A stretch of 63,893 nt of DNA from Gammaproteobacteria bacterium (lineage in GTDB: Bacteria; Pseudomonadota; Gammaproteobacteria; GCA-001735895), in assembly GCA_024229615.1 (NCBI GenBank), contig JAAESG010000444.1:1-63893 (forward strand), written 5' to 3'. Of the stretch, positions 1 to 9,055 are shown piece after piece; within the stretch, counting starts at the first letter, position 1, and every line of letters starts with the position of its first letter. The notes below the pieces were generated by a model. That model was not told where the DNA came from. It saw only the letters and a program-made list of their open reading frames with translations, and did not search any database. Position numbers and translations under genes: made by a program.

Positions 1-2472
1 CCAGATCGGTGGGGCAACCCTGACCGTCAGGGCAAGCCCTTCTTCATTCCAAAAGCCGTCGTTATTTGAGCCTTTTATTCTCAGTGTATGACTCCCATCG
101 GGGATATTGGTGTATCGCCCAAAGCGTCTGCCTCCGGCATAGTACCAATTCGTGTCCACTCCCTCCAGCATATAGGCATACTGATTTTTCTTCGGCAGGG
201 TATAGCTGAGAGCCGAAAACTCGAACTCGAAAAAGTTTTGACGCCAATCCAGGCTTACTTCTTCCAGTCTTTCGGGGACAATTCCGAGGTCGATTGGCTG
301 GCCACCTTGCGTCAACGCACTGAGTACAACAGGCGGAACATATGGGTTTGTAATCAGCTTATCGGGGTAAAAGCTGTTCACACCATTCGTCCCACCAAAC
401 CATAGTTGACCATCTTTTGTTTGCAAGGCACTGCCGTAATAAAACGTATCACCTTGCAAACCGTCACTCCTGGTATAACGTCTTTCAACCGTTTCAGTTG
501 TTGGATTAAATTCTACAACTCCCTGCCCAGTACTTAGCCAGAGATTACCCCCCTCTCCATCAGGAGATGCTTCAGCTTCAAGAATGCCATAAATATCAGT
601 GGGAATACCATGCTCTGTTGAATAGCGTGTAAATGTTTCGGTCTGCGGATGAAATTTATTCAATCCGCCTCCAAGTGCCCCAATCCACAAGGCTCCTGAT
701 CTACGGTTTTGATAAATGGCCGCTATAGCATCGGTGGATAGGCTGTTTAGATCATTTGGATCATGTGTATAATGGACGAATAGCTCTGTCTTTTTGTCAA
801 ACTTGTTTAAACCTCCACCTTCCCAAGATCCAAACCAAATAATATCAGAATTATGGTTATCTTGGACGACTTCCAATGTATACCCCTGATTCGGACCCTT
901 TTGAGGATTCTCCGGGTCAGGTTCGTAAAAGGTAAATGTTTCAGTTTTCTTATTGAACTTCGCAAATCCCAACCCGCCCCGAACCCCCAACCAAAGAATG
1001 TCCGGGTCATTCGGATCTTCAAGCATTTTTGTAAAACTTTCGGCCTTCGTTTCATAACGCTTGATAACACGTCCGCTTTCTTTATTCAGGATAATGAGCG
1101 GACCAGAAAACAGGGATACCCACAAACTCCCTGATGAATCCTCGTACACGCCTAAAACATAATCCTTGTCCAGACTGTCAGGAACATCGGGATTATGTTG
1201 ATACCGTGTAAATACGCCGGTTGTTCGATCAAACGCATTCAGTCCCCCTCCCTGGGTCCCGATCCATATTGTGCCGTCGCCGCCTTCGAGCATGACCGTG
1301 ACCACACTATCACTCAGGCTATTTGGGTTATTTGAATTGTGTTGAGACAATGTAAAATTTTGACTCTTTGCATCGTATTTATCGACGTTTCCGGAATAGG
1401 TTGTAATCCAGAAAATGCCGGAACGGTCTTCATGGACATTCACGACCAAATCATTGCTTAAACTGTTGGGATTATTGGGATCATTTTTGTAATTGGTAAA
1501 TGTTCCTGTGTTTTTGTCGAACAAGGTCAGCCCATTATTCTCTACAAATCCTCCAAGCCAGAGTGTGCCGTCACCATCATCGTACACCAAAGCGATAATT
1601 CCTTTTGTAATGCTCCCGGCATCATGTGGATTGTGCGTAAAATGGGTAAAGGTTTCGCTATTCTTATCAAACTTATCAAGCCCATAATCCGTTGCAATCC
1701 AAAGAATGTGAGGCTCGTCTCTATCCTGAACAGTGCTGTTGATGATGTTATTTTCAGCCCCCAGACTTTTGGGGTTGTCCGGATCGTGTACAAAATGGGT
1801 AAAGGTTTCCGTTTTCTTCTCAAACTTATCCAATCCACCTCCATAAGTTCCTAACCAGAGAATGTTTGGGTCGTATTCATCTTCAGCCATTCGCCACACT
1901 TCGCCAAAACTCAGACTGTTGGAATTATTGGGATCAGGTTCATACCGGGTAAATTGTTCAGTGTTCTTCTCAAACTTATTCAATCCGGCAAAGGTTCCCA
2001 ACCAAAGAATATCAGGGTCATTCCCATCCTGAACAACGTCGAAAACACCATTATCCCCCAGGCTGTTGGGATCATTCGGGTCGTGTTTATAATAAGTAAA
2101 GACTTCCGTTGCTCTATCGAAGCGATTTAAGCCACCACTTGTTCCAATCCAGAAAATATCAGGATTTTCCACATCTTGAATGATTCTCCAGATAGTTCCA
2201 TTTGACAATGAACCGGAACCGGCCCCGTAATTTTTGAATTCATATCCGTCATACCTGAAAATCCCTCCCCCCTCGGTTCCAATCCATAAGAAACCATCAT
2301 TGTCTTGCAGCATCGTCTGACCGCCCGGCGATCCCAAATCGAACACGCGGTCGAATTGCATATCGACAGTATCAGGCGTGTCTGGCCCCTGAGCATAAAC
2401 ATACCACTCCGGGCAGAGCAGCATAAAAATGATCAAAACAGTGATTCTGCTTAATACGATTGCTGATTTCAT
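1..2472 (-). CDS. Exported sensor protein, N-terminal part: signal peptide, 14 two-component-regulator propeller (Reg_prop) blades and a Y_Y_Y domain; the 3' end runs off the window
   Basis: My own minus-strand translation starts at ATG 2472..2470 (MKSAIVLSRITVLIIFMLLCPEWYVYAQG...). The stretches I translated contain no stop and keep the repeat pattern down to position 1. The blade motif recurs 14 times (LWIGTEGGGIFRYD, IFWIGTSGGLNRFD, ILWLGTYGGGLDKFE, ...). The sequence ends in a Y_Y_Y-type segment, YAYMLEGVDTNWYYAGGRRFGRYTNIPDGSHTLRIKGSNNDGFWNEEG. The gene is missing from the ORF track because no stop codon lies inside the window. Confidence 0.85.
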   Translation of the reverse strand, partial: MKSAIVLSRITVLIIFMLLCPEWYVYAQGPDTPDTVDMQFDRVFDLGSPGGQTMLQDNDGFLWIGTEGGGIFRYDGYEFKNYGAGSGSLSNGTIWRIIQDVENPDIFWIGTSGGLNRFDRATEVFTYYKHDPNDPNSLGDNGVFDVVQDGNDPDILWLGTFAGLNKFEKNTEQFTRYEPDPNNSNSLSFGEVWRMAEDEYDPNILWLGTYGGGLDKFEKKTETFTHFVHDPDNPKSLGAENNIINSTVQDRDEPHILWIATDYGLDKFDKNSETFTHFTHNPHDAGSITKGIIALVYDDGDGTLWLGGFVENNGLTLFDKNTGTFTNYKNDPNNPNSLSNDLVVNVHEDRSGIFWITTYSGNVDKYDAKSQNFTLSQHNSNNPNSLSDSVVTVMLEGGDGTIWIGTQGGGLNAFDRTTGVFTRYQHNPDVPDSLDKDYVLGVYEDSSGSLWVSLFSGPLIILNKESGRVIKRYETKAESFTKMLEDPNDPDILWLGVRGGLGFAKFNKKTETFTFYEPDPENPQKGPNQGYTLEVVQDNHNSDIIWFGSWEGGGLNKFDKKTELFVHYTHDPNDLNSLSTDAIAAIYQNRRSGALWIGALGGGLNKFHPQTETFTRYSTEHGIPTDIYGILEAEASPDGEGGNLWLSTGQGVVEFNPTTETVERRYTRSDGLQGDTFYYGSALQTKDGQLWFGGTNGVNSFYPDKLITNPYVPPVVLSALTQGGQPIDLGIVPERLEEVSLDWRQNFFEFEFSALSYTLPKKNQYAYMLEGVDTNWYYAGGRRFGRYTNIPDGSHTLRIKGSNNDGFWNEEGLALTVRVAPPIW

Positions 2473-2473
2473 C

Positions 2474-3450
2474 CGTCGATCCTGTTAGTGGTGAGTTCCA
2501 ATCAGTCGTTCAATGAAACGATGCGATAACGGTGTATACGGGATACTTTTAATTTCTACAACATCAAGAATCCTTAAGTTGGCCCGCCATCGGTGATACT
2601 GAAATAGTGGGTCATTATCAGAACTGAGGTAGCGTGGAGCGATCTGAGTAGAGGTTGCTGTATTGAACATGCGGCACAAAACGACGCCATCAACATCGCC
2701 GGAATGCACACCAAAACCGATGAGACGCCGGGTGGATTGATCGAAGACAACAAGCACCCAGTGGCTCTTCAATAGCCGGGGCGCCGGACCGATCGATTCA
2801 CACCGAAACAGGTCAATGCTCCAGAGGCTATCCTTGGTGTGACCAAAAAAGGTCAACCATGATGGTCCGCCATCACCTGGTATAGGGTGATAGTGTTTGG
2901 CTAGAATCCGCCTGACCAGATCCTTGTCGATATATACCTCGAACGTCCTGGTGATTTCCTGGGCGACTCGACGGCAATCAAAACGCGGGGTACGCTGCTT
3001 TAGTTCTATAATGGCTTTAATGAGTTCTCCTGACGGTCCTTTAGGTCCAGGCTTACCACGACGATTTGATGAAAATAAAAGATGGTATTTGCGTCTTACA
3101 AGCGCTTTATGAAAATTCAGTAGAGTAGACGGCCGGATAATAATCACAGTCCGCAGAATACGGCGTGGGGTAAGAAACAGTGACCAGAGACCGAGCAGGA
3201 AGCGGTCATGTACCAAAAGATTAGGTGAGCGTCGCCGAGATCGATTGATGATGAGGAGTTGTTGTTTTAAAAGCAGGCTGTCGGCGACAACGGCCCTTGC
3301 GCCACCGGGTCCGAGTAGTTTGGCAATTGTAGTCAGCAGATATGCGAGCAATAGCAGCATGTCCCTCATGGCAGGTAATCGTAGACGCAATTGTCGTCAA
3401 AAACAAGATTGTCTAAATGATGGTTAACAAGTAATTATTACGAATTCGCC
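2474..3450 (-). mobile_element. IS remnant carrying a 3'-truncated DDE (rve) transposase gene; it interrupts an integrase gene
   Basis: The right boundary is inferred where integrase homology resumes (about 3451). The left boundary is 12 nt from the sensor gene ATG. No terminal inverted repeat pair is visible, which fits a truncation. Confidence 0.6.
2485..3390 (-). pseudogene. rve-family (integrase catalytic core) transposase, C-terminally truncated
   Basis: 301 aa. The DDE-type core is recognisable (SLWSIDLF ... YLSSDNDPLF ... SHRFIERLIGT). The ORF stops right after the ERLIGT segment, where I recall related transposases continuing for roughly 60 more residues. Confidence 0.65.
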
Positions 3451-3681
3451 ACACACAGGGTTCATGATCTAAAACATACTTTCGGTCGACGATTGCGTGC
3501 AGCCGGTGTGCCGCATGAAACCAGGAAGGTGTTATTGGGACATCGCACCGGCGACATCACCACTCACTACTCGACCCCGGAACTGGAGGAACTGATCGAA
3601 GCGGCTAACAGAGTGTGTGAAGACAGGTCCGGCAATAGTCCGGCACTGGTAATATTAAAGCGAAAGAATGCAGGACAGTAG
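3451..3681 (+). pseudogene. Tyrosine recombinase (phage-type integrase), C-terminal fragment only
   Basis: The in-frame translation RVHDLKHTFGRRLRAAGVPHETRKVLLGHRTGDITTHYS carries the HxxR, LLGH and catalytic Tyr signature of an integrase C-terminus. There is no N-terminal part and no proper start. It ends 31 nt from the 3' end of tRNA-Lys. Confidence 0.75.
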
Positions 3682-3712
3682 GCTGCAAGTCTTTAGTTTT
3701 AACGAGAAAAAA

Positions 3713-3788
3713 TGGTGGGGCGTGGGCGGCTCGAACGCCCGACCACCTGATTAAAAGTCAGATGCTCTACCAACTGAGCTAACGCCCC
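3713..3788 (-). tRNA. tRNA-Lys (anticodon UUU)
   Basis: The reverse complement GGGGCGTTAGCTCAGTTGGTAGAGCATCTGACTTTTAATCAGGTGGTCGGGCGTTCGAGCCGCCCACGCCCCACCA folds as a 76-nt cloverleaf. It has anticodon loop CUUUUAA, TPsiC loop TTCGAGC and an encoded CCA. It is very close to E. coli tRNA-Lys. Confidence 0.95.
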
Positions 3789-4035
3789 CCGGGAAGAACG
3801 GGAATAATACCTATCCTCGTATTGTTTTCAAGCGAATTCTGGATAGGGAATCACTGCAACATGCAGAGATTCCCGTGGCTCATGAATGTGCCGCCATTTC
3901 TCGATCGCATAAACAATCGAAAAATGAATAAAAGCGCAAAATCTCAATCTGCGTTCTCCGTGCTCTGCTGAGTCAGAGCCTGCCCCGGAACCTGCGCGGC
4001 CCGCTAGATCCGGGGACGACTTATGCAGAGCTTTT

Positions 4036-4971
4036 CTAGTTACCTTCCTTGCGGATGCGATCCAGGCGCTTGGTCGCTAAACGGGCGGCAGTCGTGTTTG
4101 GATAACGTTTGCCCAAATCCTGCAGAATCGATTTCGCCTTCGGAAACTGCTTGAGTTCGTAATAAGTATAACCAAGCTTCAGCAACGCATCGGGTACCTT
4201 GTTGCTGCCTGGATGGTCGTTAACCACTTTGCTGAATTCGACAATGCCCTGGTCGAAGTTACGCGTCGCAAAATGCACCTCGCCGAGCCAGTACTGTACG
4301 TTTCCGGCATAACTACTGTTCGGAAATTTCTTCAAAAAAGCATTGAGCTCAGTCTTGGCGTTCTTGTAACGTCCTTCCTTGATCTTATCAAATGCCGATT
4401 GATAGGCTGCTCTTTCTTCGCTCTGTGTCACCGAGGGTGTTTGCGATGCCGATGCGGTTGTCGAGTTAGTGATTGGTTGAGGCACTGTCGCTTCGACAGA
4501 AGGCACTACTGGCTGAGAGTTACCAGTGACTGCCGGAACACTGGTCTGCGGCGCGGGAGCCCGTGCCGCGGCACCGCTTTCAAGCTCGCGCAGGCGGCGA
4601 TCTATATCGAGATACAATTCGCGCTGGCGTTTCTTAATTTCGCCGATATCGTTGGTCTGTACTTCAACCTCACCGCGCAACAGGCTAATTTCCTCGGATA
4701 ATTGATCTACCTGCTGGATCATTTCCAACATCGCCCGATTATCGATCAGACGTCCGAGGCGCGACATCTCGCCTGTCAGGGTCTTCAACTGGGCCTGAGC
4801 GGTCGAAAGCTTGGCCTCGGAACGCTGCGATAACTCGGTCAGGCGTTCGACTCTCAGGGTAAGTTGTTCGGGAGTTAAGGCGCTTTGCGCAAACGCAGGA
4901 GCAGAGGCAAAACCCGACAGTATGAAAACCGACAGAAGACCTGCACGTACCGAATGAGTCGCCGCTTTCAT
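4036..4971 (-). CDS. cpoB: Tol-Pal system protein CpoB/YbgF (cell division coordinator)
   Basis: 311 aa with a signal peptide, a coiled-coil N-terminal half and a TPR C-terminal half (YWLGEVHFATRNF..., LKLGYTYYELKQFPKAKSIL). It lies immediately after pal. Confidence 0.9.
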   Translation of the reverse strand: MKAATHSVRAGLLSVFILSGFASAPAFAQSALTPEQLTLRVERLTELSQRSEAKLSTAQAQLKTLTGEMSRLGRLIDNRAMLEMIQQVDQLSEEISLLRGEVEVQTNDIGEIKKRQRELYLDIDRRLRELESGAAARAPAPQTSVPAVTGNSQPVVPSVEATVPQPITNSTTASASQTPSVTQSEERAAYQSAFDKIKEGRYKNAKTELNAFLKKFPNSSYAGNVQYWLGEVHFATRNFDQGIVEFSKVVNDHPGSNKVPDALLKLGYTYYELKQFPKAKSILQDLGKRYPNTTAARLATKRLDRIRKEGN

Positions 4972-4972
4972 A

Positions 4973-5575
4973 TTAATTCACCGTATAGATCAGTTCGACG
5001 CGTCGATTCTGGCTCCAGGCTTCTTCAGAATGACCCGACATGACCGGCTGTTCCTCACCGTAACTGACGGTTTCTAACTGATCGACCGAAGCACCCTGAA
5101 ACAGGAGTACGCGTCTGACCGATTGCGCGCGGCGATCACCGAGTGCGATGTTGTATTCCCGACTACCGCGTTCGTCCGCGTGCCCTTCGAGACGCACACT
5201 GACTTCTCCGTTGCCGGCGATAAAATCACCGTGGGTTTCGAGAATCGAAATCGACTCGCTGGTCAGCTTCGCGCTGTCAAACTCGAAGTAAATAGTGCGG
5301 TTGGACAGTGTGCCTTCGGATTGTTCCAGCATTTCGCGCGCATCCATGGGCATACCGTCGGCGATCGCGCTGCCATCGGCCGAATCCGCACCATCCAGGC
5401 CCGTGGCGTCGGCACCGCTGCCATCGCCAACTGCTCCGGTGGTCGCCTGCGACTGGTCATCAATCGGCGCACCATCGTCGGTAGGCATCTCGTCCTGCGT
5501 GGTCGCACAGGAAGAAACAAAGATAGCCAGCAATGCGGCAATCATCCATGGTTTCATGAGGTTAAGTAGTTTCAT
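4973..5575 (-). CDS. pal: Peptidoglycan-associated lipoprotein Pal
   Basis: Lipobox FVSSC and an OmpA-like C-domain (EGHADERGSREYNIALGDRRAQSV, NRRVELIY). The position in the tol-pal cluster fits. Confidence 0.93.
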   Translation of the reverse strand: MKLLNLMKPWMIAALLAIFVSSCATTQDEMPTDDGAPIDDQSQATTGAVGDGSGADATGLDGADSADGSAIADGMPMDAREMLEQSEGTLSNRTIYFEFDSAKLTSESISILETHGDFIAGNGEVSVRLEGHADERGSREYNIALGDRRAQSVRRVLLFQGASVDQLETVSYGEEQPVMSGHSEEAWSQNRRVELIYTVN

Positions 5576-5604
5576 AGTTTTCCTGCTCCAGGTGTGTTCG
5601 ATAT

Positions 5605-6909
5605 TTATTTACTTTCAAAGGGACCCCAAACAGGCTCGCGGATATCGCCTGCCTGGTCGGATAATTTATGCCTGGCACGCCCATCTAGCGAGACTGCAAA
5701 CAAAATCCCGTTATTTGCACGAGTGGAAGCATACAGCATCATCTTGCCATTTGGTGAAAACGATGGTGACTCATCCAGCGAGCTATCGGTAAGGACGGTC
5801 AAATTGCCTGTCTCGATTTCATATTGCGCTATTTTATAGCGCCCCCGGTCTCCGTGCACCATGCCAATGAATTTTCCATCTGGCGAAAGACTGGGCGCGC
5901 TATTGTAACGTCCTTCAAAGGTGATGCGTTTCGCCCTGCCCCCTTGCGCCCCGACGCGATAGATTTGCGGTGAGCCCGAACGATCGGAGGTAAAAAATAT
6001 CGACTTGCCATCGCTGCTCCAAACCGGTTCGGTATCGATGCTGCGATGGGTCGTCAGGCGTTTGAGTCGCTTGGTTGCCGTGTTCAGGCTGTAAATATCA
6101 GGACTGCCATCCTTTGACAAAACCAGAGCCAGAAACTTGCCGTCCGGCGACCAGCTGGGGGCGCTATTCAAACCCCTGAAACCCGCCACCTTGGAGCGCC
6201 TCGCCGTCGCCAGGTGCTGAATGTAAATTTCCGGGCGATCGTGCTCAAAAGAAACATAGGCCAGTGATTTACCATCCGGAGACCAGCTCGGCGACATGAT
6301 AATTTCGTCAGACTCGAGCACATTCTGGGCATTAAAACCGTCGGTGTCCGCAACCTGCAGTACATACTTGGGCAAGGTCTTGCTGGGCGCACGCACATAG
6401 GCAATACGCGTGTTGAAAGCGCCACGAGTACCGGTAATCTGTTGGTAGATGAAATCGCTGATTTCATGTGCCCGCCGGCGCAGGTTACGCTTTTTGGCTG
6501 GCATACTGCGACCCAGCAACTGTCTTTGCTTGAGTACGTCGAGCAACTGGAATTCAATTTCGTAGTTGCCTGCGGTCTTTTCCAGCACGCGTCCCACGAC
6601 CAGATAATCCTGACCGGCACCGCGCCAGCGGGCGTATCTTACCTGGTTACTGTAGTGTGGCCTGGCCGGTAATTTCGCGCGTTCCATGGATTTTAAAACG
6701 CCGCTGCGAATCAGGTCGCTGGCGACTATCCCGGCGATATCAACCGGCAGTTTGCTGGCGAGTTTTGAATTGTCGAAGGGCACTACCGCAATCGGCAAGG
6801 CGCCATCCACGCCCTGGGTAATTTCGATCGTCAAGGCCGCATGGGCTTGTTGAAAGACTCCGCAGAGCATGACGATAAACAAATGTGAGACTAGCTTTTT
6901 TAGTTGCAT
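5605..6909 (-). CDS. tolB: Tol-Pal system beta-propeller protein TolB
   Basis: 434 aa with a signal peptide, a TolB N-domain and repeated propeller motifs (SPSWSPDGKSLAY, APSWSPDGKFLA, EPVWSSDGKSIFFTSDRSG, SPSFSPNGKM). Confidence 0.95.
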   Translation of the reverse strand: MQLKKLVSHLFIVMLCGVFQQAHAALTIEITQGVDGALPIAVVPFDNSKLASKLPVDIAGIVASDLIRSGVLKSMERAKLPARPHYSNQVRYARWRGAGQDYLVVGRVLEKTAGNYEIEFQLLDVLKQRQLLGRSMPAKKRNLRRRAHEISDFIYQQITGTRGAFNTRIAYVRAPSKTLPKYVLQVADTDGFNAQNVLESDEIIMSPSWSPDGKSLAYVSFEHDRPEIYIQHLATARRSKVAGFRGLNSAPSWSPDGKFLALVLSKDGSPDIYSLNTATKRLKRLTTHRSIDTEPVWSSDGKSIFFTSDRSGSPQIYRVGAQGGRAKRITFEGRYNSAPSLSPDGKFIGMVHGDRGRYKIAQYEIETGNLTVLTDSSLDESPSFSPNGKMMLYASTRANNGILFAVSLDGRARHKLSDQAGDIREPVWGPFESK

Positions 6910-6918
6910 ATCCTGGCT

Positions 6919-7914
6919 TTACTGTACGTTTGGATTAAACAAAAAGGTTAAATCACGCTCGAACACGGCTGGATCCCCCGGTTTTGGCAGAGGTTCAGCC
7001 TTGTACACCGCATTTTCGATCGAAGCTCGATAAGTCGCGGTACTGCCTCCACAGGCCCCGAAGGTGACATCGAGAATAATTCCACCCGGTCCTTGCACGA
7101 CTTTAACTTCACAGGTCGGCATTTTCCCACTTCCTGCCGGTTTACGCCAATTACGTTCGACTTTTTGTCGAATCGCTAGAGTATAATCCGCGCGTAACTT
7201 ATTAAGTCGGCGTTGATTCTCCTCGGCCCGAAGTTTGGCCTGCAACTCTTCCTCCTGGCGTTTCTGCTCCTCTTCAGCAAGACGACGCGCTTCGTCCGCC
7301 TTGCGCTTTTCCTCGGCGATGCGGGCTTCCTCGGCTTTGCGTTTTTCCTCTGCGGCTTTCGCAACCTCGGCTTTACGCTTCTCCTCGGCCTTGCGCTTCT
7401 CCTCGGCCTTGCGCTTCTTCTCGGCTTTGCGCTTTTCCTCAGCCTGGCGTTTTTTCTCGGCCCTGGCCTTCTCTGCCTTGCGTTTTTCGTCTGCTTTTGC
7501 TTTATCGGCTGCTTTACGCTCGGCTTCTTTCTTGCGTTTCTGTTCAGCTTCTTTCTTGCGCTTTTGTTCGGCCTTTTTTTTCTTTTTTAGTTCCGCTTTT
7601 TTCTTTTCCTCGGCTTTGCGTTTCTTCTCCGCTTCCTTTTTCTTTTTATCGGCGATTTTTTTGGCCTGCTGATCCTTCTTTTTCTTTTCAGCGTCTCGCT
7701 TGCGTTTTTCTTCGGCCTGCTTTTCACGCTGCAAGGCTTCCAGTTGCTTTTGGTCGACCACTTCGGCCTTGACGGTCTTTTCAAGCTGTCCTGTCTTAAT
7801 CAGTTTCGGTTTTTCGATGAAGCTAAAGTTAATAACCATCAAGCCGATGATCAAGGCGTGGAACACGAGCGAAACCATTAACGCGCGTGGGTGTTTGAGC
7901 AACTCTGCAAACAC
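6919..7914 (-). CDS. tolA: Tol-Pal system protein TolA
   Basis: N-terminal TM anchor, a Lys/Ala/Glu-rich helical domain of about 200 aa (AEEKRKAE-type repeats) and a conserved C-terminal domain. It lies between tolR and tolB. Confidence 0.9.
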   Translation of the reverse strand: MFAELLKHPRALMVSLVFHALIIGLMVINFSFIEKPKLIKTGQLEKTVKAEVVDQKQLEALQREKQAEEKRKRDAEKKKKDQQAKKIADKKKKEAEKKRKAEEKKKAELKKKKKAEQKRKKEAEQKRKKEAERKAADKAKADEKRKAEKARAEKKRQAEEKRKAEKKRKAEEKRKAEEKRKAEVAKAAEEKRKAEEARIAEEKRKADEARRLAEEEQKRQEEELQAKLRAEENQRRLNKLRADYTLAIRQKVERNWRKPAGSGKMPTCEVKVVQGPGGIILDVTFGACGGSTATYRASIENAVYKAEPLPKPGDPAVFERDLTFLFNPNVQ

Positions 7915-8330
7915 TATGGCTTGTCCTCGGGTTCGGTCACCAGCCCGACCGAACCCACGTTAGCCTGTTGCAACAACACCAGCGTCGCGACGACATTCTG
8001 ATAAGGTCCATTAGCGTCCCCGCGCACCATCACCGGGCGTTTCGGCGCTTTGATCAACGCCGACTTAACCTGGTTTACGAGTGCTTCGGCACTGATGTCA
8101 CCATCCGGGTTGACTGCGATATTGAGATACATCAAGCCTTCCTTGTCAATCGTAATGACGATCGGTTCGGGGCTTTCCGCATCGAGTTGATTCGCCGGTG
8201 CGGTCGGTAGATCCACATCAACGCCCTGCTTTAGCAGTGGTGCGGTGACCATGAAGATAATCAACAATACCAACATGACGTCGATATAGGGTACGACATT
8301 GATTTCGGAAACTGAGCGGCGTTTCTTCAC
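7914..8330 (-). CDS. tolR: Tol-Pal system protein TolR (ExbD family)
   Basis: 138 aa with the ExbD/TolR signature INVVPYIDVMLVLLIIFMVTAPL. It follows tolQ. Confidence 0.92.
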   Translation of the reverse strand: MKKRRSVSEINVVPYIDVMLVLLIIFMVTAPLLKQGVDVDLPTAPANQLDAESPEPIVITIDKEGLMYLNIAVNPDGDISAEALVNQVKSALIKAPKRPVMVRGDANGPYQNVVATLVLLQQANVGSVGLVTEPEDKP

Positions 8331-8340
8331 TCGATGAGTC

Positions 8341-9015
8341 CTACCTGGGAGACTGGGCCTGGCGCTGCAGGATACCGGTGAACTCTTCGAGGAAATTTTC
8401 GTAACGCACGATCATCGCGTCGATTTCACTGGTGAACTTGTTGTACGCGACGACCGCCGGTATCGCTGCCAGTAAACCCATCGCAGTCGCGATCAGGGCT
8501 TCCGAAATGCCGGGTGCCACCATCGCCAGTGTCGCCTGTTGCACACCGGCCAACGCACGAAACGATTCCATGATGCCCCAGACCGTACCGAACAGTCCGA
8601 CATAGGGACTCACCGAACCGACCGTTGCCAGAAACGGCAAGTTGTTTTCCAGCATTTCTATCTCGCGCGACATCGACACCTTCATCGCGCGGTGGGCCGA
8701 GCGCACCACTTCGCTGTTATCGAGCTCGGCCTTGCGTGCACGTGCAAATTCACGAAACCCGTTTTCGAATATTGCCTCGAGTCCGAAACGCCGCTCCTGG
8801 CGCACACTCAATTGCGCAAACAAATCGCTCAGATTGATACCGGACCAGAATCGACCTTCGAATGTCTTCGCTTCCGATTGCGACTGGCGAATATAGCCAC
8901 GCTTGACATACATCAGCGACCAGGAAAACACCGAGGCCAGGAGTAGCAGCAGCATGACCAGTTGTACCGGAATGCTCGCGTTGAAAATCAGAGTAAACAG
9001 TGAATCGTCAGTCAT
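8341..9015 (-). CDS. tolQ: Tol-Pal system protein TolQ (MotA/TolQ/ExbB channel)
   Basis: 224 aa, three TM segments, conserved C-terminal GLLAAIPAVVAYN segment. Confidence 0.92.
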   Translation of the reverse strand: MTDDSLFTLIFNASIPVQLVMLLLLLASVFSWSLMYVKRGYIRQSQSEAKTFEGRFWSGINLSDLFAQLSVRQERRFGLEAIFENGFREFARARKAELDNSEVVRSAHRAMKVSMSREIEMLENNLPFLATVGSVSPYVGLFGTVWGIMESFRALAGVQQATLAMVAPGISEALIATAMGLLAAIPAVVAYNKFTSEIDAMIVRYENFLEEFTGILQRQAQSPR

Positions 9016-9055
9016 GGTTTTATTACAGGTTGATTTAACGGGTTATATTCGGAGT

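Noticed and set aside
1-2472. Periodic nucleotide repeats of about 135 nt that could suggest a repeat array or CRISPR
   Set aside because: The periodicity is the blade repeat of a continuous protein-coding frame. There are no identical direct repeats with unique spacers. No CRISPR-like array exists anywhere in the window.
3961-4030. Nested inverted repeats downstream of cpoB as a possible terminator or second tRNA
   Set aside because: There is no cloverleaf and no U-tract on the minus strand after the stems. This may be a processing or termination structure before tRNA-Lys, but the evidence is too weak to call.
7176-7963. Several plus- and minus-strand ORFs (60-145 aa) inside tolA, with F/L/S/A-rich or K/R-rich translations
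   Set aside because: They are alternative-frame and antisense artefacts of the low-complexity Lys/Ala/Glu repeat region of TolA.
6919-9015. Absence of ybgC upstream of tolQ as a sign of rearrangement
   Set aside because: ruvB ends 40 nt from tolQ with no scar or mobile sequence. I believe the presence of ybgC in tol clusters varies among lineages, so I do not treat this as a finding.
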